A stretch of DNA of 64,000 nucleotides, taken from Nitrosopumilus sp. (GTDB lineage: Archaea > Thermoproteota > Nitrososphaeria > Nitrososphaerales > Nitrosopumilaceae). The translations under genes and the position numbers were made by a program. Shown piece after piece: positions 57,246 to 64,000 of the stretch. The stretch lies in the NCBI GenBank assembly GCA_965205425.1, contig CBDBGZ010000004.1, positions 160,001 to 224,000 of the forward strand, read 5' to 3'. The notes beneath the pieces are model-generated. The model was not told the DNA's origin and did not search any database. It saw nothing but the letters and a program-made list of their open reading frames with translations. Numbering within the stretch: position 1 is the stretch's first letter; each line of letters begins with the position of its first letter.

Positions 57246-58850
57246 GTGAAGATGCAATGGTCAAATCTAGACAAAGTTGATCAAAAGATTATTGAAATTC
57301 TCAACAACAATGCCATAACGCCATCAAAAGAAATTGCATCTGAATTAAAAAAATCTGGTCATGATGTATCAGATAGAACAATAAGAAAAAGAATTGGGAG
57401 ATTAGAAAAAAGTGGAATCATCAAAAGAATACAAAGCAGTTCTTACAGATGTAATCAGGAATTAATGAATATCAAGCAGTTTTGATGAAGATCAAGCCTT
57501 TCAAATCACTAGAAGCAGTCAAAGACTCTATCAAAGATTTCATGACTAAACTAGACAGTTATCTGAGACTTGGGCATAACTATTTACAAAAATAATTCTC
57601 AGTGATTCCCTAACAGCAAAGCATTCTCTTTACGGTTCTTGGATTCTCTGCACCAATTGCACAGTTGTAGTAAACTGTCAACTGATACACAAGAACACAA
57701 ATCATTACAAATGATTTGACATTGTGCAATCCCTTTACAGGCAATACTCTGATGTCAAAAATATCTTTGAGATACTCAAATAGAGGTTCAATTGAGACTT
57801 TTCTATCTGCATACAGCTCTTGACCAATTACAGAATTGTAAAACTCTACGAGTTTTATTCTCTCTGGTGGCGTATGCGGGTATTGTTTTATTGGAGTAAT
57901 TAATCTCAGATTTTTCTTGTTGCTAAATTGATGCAGTGAACCATTGTCATATGCAGGATCACATAAGATATTCTCGACAAATCCTGCAAGAGATTCAGTT
58001 AGTATTTCATACATCTTGCCGTCATGAACATTTGCAGTTGAGACATCAGCAGATAGTGGAACAACCAGTTTGCCAGTACTACAACTCATATGCAGTTTGT
58101 ACCCAAATATCCAACCCTTTGATTTTGAAAAACCCCATTTTGCATCTGTGTCAATTCCTGAGATTGGAAGTCTGTTTTGCTTCATATCTGATTTGTGCCA
58201 TACTGGACCTGCAGCTTTTAGCATTGAACTATCCACTGATGCAGATATGTCATCGACTAGTTTCTCTGATACAAACAGACTTTTCATATTACTGATTATA
58301 TCACCAATTGGCAGAACTTGGAATCTCCTGTCAATGGTTCTTCTGTTTGGGATTTGAGTTAGTCTGCAAACCTTGAGCAATTTATCATTGATACCTTTAG
58401 TCAAAAGAAAATAATGTAATGTATTGTTGCTTGGAATTCTCATCCATGACTTTATGATGGACAGATGCTGTACCATTAGAATTGTAGAGTATACGTACGG
58501 TCTACCGGGTTTCAGTATCTCTTCATACAAAGACAACATTCCCACTAAATACAAAATACCAATAAGAAATGATTCCGATAGAATCTTGCTAGGGATTTTC
58601 ATTTGTTTTGACATTACAATGAACAAAACATGATAAGATCCTTAGCTTTTTCTATTTGAATAATTTGAGAATTGACTCAAAAATTAGAATTAGTTATGCC
58701 CATGTCTCAGTTATCTCCTAGTCTCAAACATGGAAAGGAGAATAGAACATGTTGGTTTTACTGCAAGTTAATTCTGAGAAAACAAACACATCACAAAAAA
58801 GAGTAGAGAAATTTTCTGATGAATTAATAGATTACAGAATAAATGAAATC
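57246..58850 (+). pseudogene. Lrp/AsnC regulator, frameshifted and interrupted by an IS
   Basis: LDKVDQKIIEIL...SDRTIRKRI.RLEKSGII; frameshift near 57425; IS at 57565. Confidence 0.75.
57565..58708 (-). mobile_element. IS982/ISNCY-like IS, transposase 57610-58626
   Basis: Same IRs as 11357-12497; 8-bp TSD agttatct. Confidence 0.92.
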
Positions 58851-58879
58851 GACATTAAAGATGTAAACATTTTGAATAT

Positions 58880-59482
58880 GTCTCTACTTTTATTGTAACA
58901 AAGAATATTCAGATTCTGCAATATCTATTGCTTTTTTTAATTCATCAATCCCATATCAAAAAGTACTACGGATTCTTTATTATCTGAAAATATTTGCTTA
59001 CAACCTTTTACACCATCTTTCCCATTTTCAAAGACATGAATTTCAGAATATCCTAATTTTTCTGCAGATGTTTTTAATTTCATAGCAATTGTTTTACTGT
59101 CATCATTGATCACAATAGGTCTAGCAACCTAAATTGAGGTTTGGATAATTGTTTTAGCTTTTTGATAGGTATCTTTAGCTTTATCAAATTCACCTAAACT
59201 CAAAAGACATTTGGAAGCACAAAGTAATGCACTTTTTACATTTGTAGAATTTTTTTCATTAGAATATTTTAAAAATAAATCACTTGCTTCTTTAATTTCA
59301 TTTTCAGAATCTTTTCCTTGACGTGTTCTATATTCTCCTGCAAGCATATACAATAAAGCTGATTTTAGAAGTTCAGATTTTTTTATTGATTCAGCTTGGT
59401 TTAGTAAGAGATTATGAGCAGTGATGAATTGTTTATTTTTAAGATGAGCAAGTGCAACCTCACAATTTGTTTTAGTATCCAA
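58880..59482 (-). pseudogene. helical-repeat plus receiver-domain protein, broken (TAG at 59129-59131 and further damage)
   Basis: After the stop the frame reads VARPIVINDDSK...FENGKDGV...VVLFDMGL. Confidence 0.6.
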
Positions 59483-59534
59483 TAGAAATACTCAAATTTT
59501 TTTCTGTCATAAAATTTTGTAGTAATATTTTGAA

Positions 59535-60587
59535 TTAAGGATTGATTACTGCACGACCAATAATTTTTCGTGCTTTGAGATCCTCCAAAGCAGTATTGGC
59601 CTCATCAAGAGAATATCTTTTAGAAATAACTGGATTAATTACACCTTTTCTTGCAAGATCAAGAAGTTCTACCATGTCATTATAATTTCCAGTGTATGCA
59701 CCTTGAATGGTTATTGATTTTAGAGGAATTGTTACAAGAGATAATTCAAGAGAACCGCCAAATAATCCAACTAGAACAAGATTTCCACGTTTTCTTAAAA
59801 CAGCTAAACCAGTTTTTACTGTTGGTGGAGCATTTACAAAATCAATTACACTATCAGCACCTTTATCATTACATATTGAAAGAATTTTTTGAACAGTATC
59901 AGCATCTTTCGAGTTTACAGTAAAATGAGCACCCATTTCTTTTGCAGTTTCTAATTTTGCATCATCCAAATCAACACAAATAATTTTAGCATCAGTAATT
60001 TCACTGGCAATTTGAACTCCCATTAATCCTAATCCACCAGCACCTACAATTACAATAAACTCAGGAGAGTTTTGATTTGCTTTTTTGACTGCTGTATATG
60101 CTGTTAAGCCAGAACAAGCCAGAGAAGTGGCAGCATCAGGATCCACACCATCAAGTTTTGCCAAATATTTAGAGTCAGGAATTAAAGTATAATCAGCATA
60201 ACCGCCATTTTGGAAAAGACCCATAGATTTTGGTGTATCACATAGATTTTCATTTCCTACTTTACATGCAGGACATTCTCCACATCCCATCCAAGGAAAT
60301 ACCAAAACATCATCACCCACTGAAACATTAGAAACATTTTCTCCAATTTCTTCAATAGTTCCAACAATTTCATGGCCAGGTGTAACAGGGTATTTTACTC
60401 CTCTATCAGTAACTTTCAAAAATTGACCATCTCCAAGATCATATCCACCCTCCCACAAGTGTAAATCACTATGACAGACGCCTTCAGACTGTACCTTTAG
60501 TAGAACCTGAGTTCCTTGAGGATTTGGATTTTCAGATTCAGATATAGTAAGAGGTTCATTTGGGCTTGGAATTCGGGCAGATTTCAT
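59535..60587 (-). CDS. adh: Zn-dependent alcohol dehydrogenase
   Basis: GVCHSD, GHE, CGECPAC..C, GAGGLG. Confidence 0.93.
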   Translation of the reverse strand: MKSARIPSPNEPLTISESENPNPQGTQVLLKVQSEGVCHSDLHLWEGGYDLGDGQFLKVTDRGVKYPVTPGHEIVGTIEEIGENVSNVSVGDDVLVFPWMGCGECPACKVGNENLCDTPKSMGLFQNGGYADYTLIPDSKYLAKLDGVDPDAATSLACSGLTAYTAVKKANQNSPEFIVIVGAGGLGLMGVQIASEITDAKIICVDLDDAKLETAKEMGAHFTVNSKDADTVQKILSICNDKGADSVIDFVNAPPTVKTGLAVLRKRGNLVLVGLFGGSLELSLVTIPLKSITIQGAYTGNYNDMVELLDLARKGVINPVISKRYSLDEANTALEDLKARKIIGRAVINP

Positions 60588-60618
60588 AGTAGGGATTTTT
60601 GCCCTAACAATATAAGAG

Positions 60619-61359
60619 TTGACTGGATGTGAGAAAAAAATAGAGCCATTAGATATTATTGAATATCCAAAGATGAATTATGTGAGTGAAACGCAAACTC
60701 CAGATAGTATTTCTCAAGAACCTGTGAATATTCTATTTAGTCCATCATCAGTAGTTAAAAAAGATGTTTGGGAAATTGATCTAATACAAATTTTAGATTT
60801 ACTAATTAAAATTCTAGATAAAACAGGAAAGAAAGATCTTAAAGTGGCAGGAATGGCTGCATTGTCATCATCATTAATCTATAGAATGAAAGTAGAAAGT
60901 ATTTTTGCATTACAAAAAGTAGCAATGGAGAAAAAGCCAATGCATCAAAGAACAGATGTAGATATTGAACTAATAGATATTCCATATAGACATGAATCGA
61001 CATATCCTGTATCATTAGATGATTTGTTAGGGTTATTACAAAATCTCATAGGTACTATTGCAAATCCACAATCAAGAAGAAATAAACAATTAGAGATAGA
61101 ACCAATAGAAGCACCAGACTTTCAAGAATTTTTCATCTCTCTAGAAAACATCATTGGTAAATACGAAGATTTGATTATAAAGAAAATAGGAGCAGTAGGG
61201 CATGGATTATTACAAGAAATAATAGCAGACCTTGATCAAGTAGATTCTATCAGATGTTTCTTTGCAGCATTGTTTTTGGCAAGAGACCAAAAGGTAGACT
61301 TGGAACAAGTAGAAGACGATATCAAGATTATTGTTATGAAAGAGGAATTAAAAAATTGA
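60619..61359 (+). CDS. scpA: segregation/condensation protein ScpA (true start probably ~60682)
   Basis: DVWEIDL, FFAALFLA; adjacent to scpB. Confidence 0.85.
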   Translation: MTGCEKKIEPLDIIEYPKMNYVSETQTPDSISQEPVNILFSPSSVVKKDVWEIDLIQILDLLIKILDKTGKKDLKVAGMAALSSSLIYRMKVESIFALQKVAMEKKPMHQRTDVDIELIDIPYRHESTYPVSLDDLLGLLQNLIGTIANPQSRRNKQLEIEPIEAPDFQEFFISLENIIGKYEDLIIKKIGAVGHGLLQEIIADLDQVDSIRCFFAALFLARDQKVDLEQVEDDIKIIVMKEELKN

Positions 61360-61378
61360 TAAATAAAGAGGATGTAAA

Positions 61379-61951
61379 ATGGTAAAAGTTGAGAATTTAG
61401 TAGAAGCAACTGCCAGAATAGAGGCAGCACTGTACTCTGCAGGAAGACCATTACGAATTGAAGACATCATTAGAGCTTCAGGCACAGAATCTAGAACAAA
61501 AACACTAGATTTACTCAGCGACATTATGAAAAAGACAAAGTCAGCATTCAAAGCATTAGAAATAGTGATACTTCCAGATGGATCCTATGTAATGCAATTA
61601 AAACCAGAATACAGTGCAACTGTCAAAAGATATGCTTCAAAACCAGTTCTTCCAAATGCTACACTAAAGACATTATCTTACATTGCTTACAGTCAACCAA
61701 TTTCATCAAAACAATTAGTTGAAACAAGAGGATCTGGGGTTTATGCACATCTCAAAGAATTAAGACAGTTAGATTACATTAGCCATCAAAATGTAGGTCG
61801 ATTAAAAATTTACACAACAACAGAAAAATTCCAAAAATATTTTGGTATTCAAGGAGATGTGGAAGATCTAAAACAAAGATTATTCTCCAAAGTAAGAAAA
61901 ACAGCAAACAGACAAACAGTCACGTCCCCAATTGCTACAGAAGTAAACTAA
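61379..61951 (+). CDS. scpB: SMC-Scp complex subunit ScpB
   Basis: IEAALY, TLSYIAYSQPI, YTTTEKF..YFG. Confidence 0.93.
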   Translation: MVKVENLVEATARIEAALYSAGRPLRIEDIIRASGTESRTKTLDLLSDIMKKTKSAFKALEIVILPDGSYVMQLKPEYSATVKRYASKPVLPNATLKTLSYIAYSQPISSKQLVETRGSGVYAHLKELRQLDYISHQNVGRLKIYTTTEKFQKYFGIQGDVEDLKQRLFSKVRKTANRQTVTSPIATEVN

Positions 61952-62019
61952 GGCAATTTTTTAACTCAAGGCTAATTTTTTGCGTTTTGTATAAATTAGA
62001 GTAATTCAGACATCATTTC

Positions 62020-62403
62020 GTGAGAAAATCCGTAGAGAACTTGGCAACTAGTAAAATTACTGGAGGAAGAAGAGTTCCACTAAGAATCAGAAGAAAATAC
62101 GAAACTGATAGATATCCAAACGAGCCAATCAACGGAGCTCAAGTTACAGTTACAAGAAGAATTAGAGGTAATAACAAAAAAACAGCTTTAAAATCAATTG
62201 ACTTTGTTAATTTAGCAACAGGTGAAGCTAAAGTAAAGAAATCAAAAATTATCAAAGTGTTAGAAAATGCTACAAACAATGATTACAAAAGACGTGGCAT
62301 CATTACAAAAGGTGCAATACTTGAAACAGCAGAAGGAAAATGCAGAGTGGTTTCAAAACCAGGACAAAACGGAATCGTTAACGCAATTTTACTAAAGGAA
62401 TAA
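62020..62403 (+). CDS. rps8e: 30S ribosomal protein S8e
   Basis: KITGGR, RGNNKK, IITKGA, PGQNGIVNA. Confidence 0.96.
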   Translation: MRKSVENLATSKITGGRRVPLRIRRKYETDRYPNEPINGAQVTVTRRIRGNNKKTALKSIDFVNLATGEAKVKKSKIIKVLENATNNDYKRRGIITKGAILETAEGKCRVVSKPGQNGIVNAILLKE

Positions 62404-62404
62404 A

Positions 62405-62704
62405 ATGAAAGATTACGAGCATGTCGTAATCTGGTTGGATTATTTCAACAAGAATTTAAAAAAATCTAAAGGAAGACGATTAGGATTAGAAAAATGTGTT
62501 TTTGATCCTTCGTTAAAAGAATTATCTGATGCAACAAAAGCAAGCGGATTAGAAATTACAGAGATAGATGACAAAGTGAGATTTCCAAAAAAGCCGTTTG
62601 TAAGGTCAGGCTATGTTATTGTACCAAAAGGATCCTCTAAGACAAAAATTCTTAACAAAATTTCTGAAAAGTTAGTGGCAAAAAGATTCAAACAGTCAAA
62701 ATAA
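62405..62704 (+). CDS. srp19: signal recognition particle protein Srp19
   Basis: IWLDYF...KGRR...P; typical position after rps8e. Confidence 0.9.
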   Translation: MKDYEHVVIWLDYFNKNLKKSKGRRLGLEKCVFDPSLKELSDATKASGLEITEIDDKVRFPKKPFVRSGYVIVPKGSSKTKILNKISEKLVAKRFKQSK

Positions 62705-62778
62705 AATGAATTCTAGCTCTTAGCTAAAGTAAAGTTGACAGAAGTCTATGAAAAGAATACAATAATTAGTAATTCTAA

Positions 62779-63045
62779 TTGCAGGAGGTAGGCGAAATAA
62801 TGCACCTAGCCGGTAGTGGCAGGGTAATCATTCAACTATCAACAGAATTAGTTGAAGGACAAATACTCTGTGACGAAAAGGGAACTAGAGTTGCAAAAGT
62901 AAATGAACTAATAGGTCCAGTAAAAAGACCGTTTGCGTCAGCAACGCCATTAACAAACAATATTAAAAAATACATTGGCAAAAATGTTTTCGCATCTCAA
63001 GAATCTCCTGCTAACAAACCAAAAAAATTTAGGAGAAGAAAATAA
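62779..63045 (+). CDS. gar1: H/ACA RNP component Gar1/Naf1
   Basis: VNELIGPVKRPF; between srp19 and tfb. Confidence 0.85.
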   Translation: MQEVGEIMHLAGSGRVIIQLSTELVEGQILCDEKGTRVAKVNELIGPVKRPFASATPLTNNIKKYIGKNVFASQESPANKPKKFRRRK

Positions 63046-63998
63046 TGAACATACAAGAAAAACAAAACTGTCCTGAATGTAAATCTACATTAGTAGATGA
63101 CATGCAGAATGGTGAAATCATCTGTTCTGGTTGCGGCGTAGTAGTCGATGATCAGATTGCAGATTTTGGTCCAGAAACCATTAGCTCAAACTTCGAAGAC
63201 AAGATGAAGCTTGCAAGAGCAACCGGACAAACAACATATTCCCAACATGATTTGGGAATAACTACTGAGATTTCAATCAGTGCAAAAGACTTTAGTGGAA
63301 AAACAATCAACCATGATGTCGCAAATCAAATGCACAATCTCAGAAAGTGGCAACAAAGAGTAAGAGTTTCCTCACCAAGAGAGAGAAGATTAGCAAATGT
63401 TTTAACAAAAATGGGTGAAACATGCGATGGTCTTAGTCTTTCAAAGAATGTTTTGGAAACTGCATCTATGATATACAGAAACTTGGATGGACATGTTGAT
63501 GTGAAGGGAAAATCAGTAGTTAGCATTACAGCTGCTACAATCTACATGGCATGCAAACAATGTGATGTAGTAAGATCATTAGAAGAAATTTGCCGAGGAA
63601 TTTGTCCAGCAAAAGATGTTAAATCAAAAACAAAACTTGCAGCTAGATACTATCGAACCATGGTAATGGAAATGGGACAATTACATGCCCCAGTTGTAAC
63701 CATGGACAAATACATCTCAAAGATAGCAAACATGACACAGACTGAGGTCAGAGTTGAAAGACTAGCCTTGGAAATTGCTGAAAAAACCAAAGACAGCAGT
63801 ATTGCGGATGGAAAGGCTCCAAACGGAATTGCCGCAGCATATCTGTATGTAGCATCTGTCCTACTTGGTCAAAATGTCCTACAAAGAGACGTTTCAAGTA
63901 TTGCAGGAGTCACAGAAGTCACTATCAGAAATAGATGTAAAGAAATTCTAACATGCTACAAACTCAAAATTACTTTGAGACCATCTCTGGCCAACTAA
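63045..63998 (+). CDS. tfb: transcription initiation factor IIB
   Basis: CPEC/CSGCG Zn ribbon, cyclin repeats, GVTEVTIRNR. Confidence 0.96.
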   Translation: MNIQEKQNCPECKSTLVDDMQNGEIICSGCGVVVDDQIADFGPETISSNFEDKMKLARATGQTTYSQHDLGITTEISISAKDFSGKTINHDVANQMHNLRKWQQRVRVSSPRERRLANVLTKMGETCDGLSLSKNVLETASMIYRNLDGHVDVKGKSVVSITAATIYMACKQCDVVRSLEEICRGICPAKDVKSKTKLAARYYRTMVMEMGQLHAPVVTMDKYISKIANMTQTEVRVERLALEIAEKTKDSSIADGKAPNGIAAAYLYVASVLLGQNVLQRDVSSIAGVTEVTIRNRCKEILTCYKLKITLRPSLAN

Positions 63999-64000
63999 TT

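Noticed and set aside
29691..59131. Genome-wide amber recoding suggested by two in-frame TAGs (29691, 59129)
   Set aside because: TAG is a normal stop in intact genes here (e.g. 2018, 57171), no CUA tRNA or pyl genes are seen, and the second gene has other lesions.
250..63526. Numerous short antisense or overlapping ORFs in the ORF track
   Set aside because: Shadow frames of well-supported genes or transposases, with no recognisable motifs.

Overview
AT-rich archaeal DNA whose core genes (pus10, srp54, dph6, eIF5A, intron-containing tRNA-Tyr, eIF1A, scpA/scpB, rps8e, srp19, gar1, tfb) point to a Nitrosopumilus-like thaumarchaeote. About 2.0-41.9 kb and 45.8-54.9 kb are accessory DNA with roughly 20 IS copies or remnants, three tyrosine-integrase genes (one intact), secreted proteases, a serpin and a conjugative-type leading region (ArdC-like gene, RelE-type TA, repeated structured upstream elements). 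The most striking observation is at 5764-6125. Two tandem ~160-bp units each carry a tRNA-like gene with an alanine-type acceptor stem (G3:U70, A73) but a non-Ala anticodon (AAG, GAA). Each is preceded by a 16-nt exact copy of its own anticodon arm, which reads on the minus strand as a hairpin/oligo-T-terminated antisense RNA. This is a candidate RNA-only mistranslating-tRNA/anti-tRNA system. All calls were made by eye; no searches were run.
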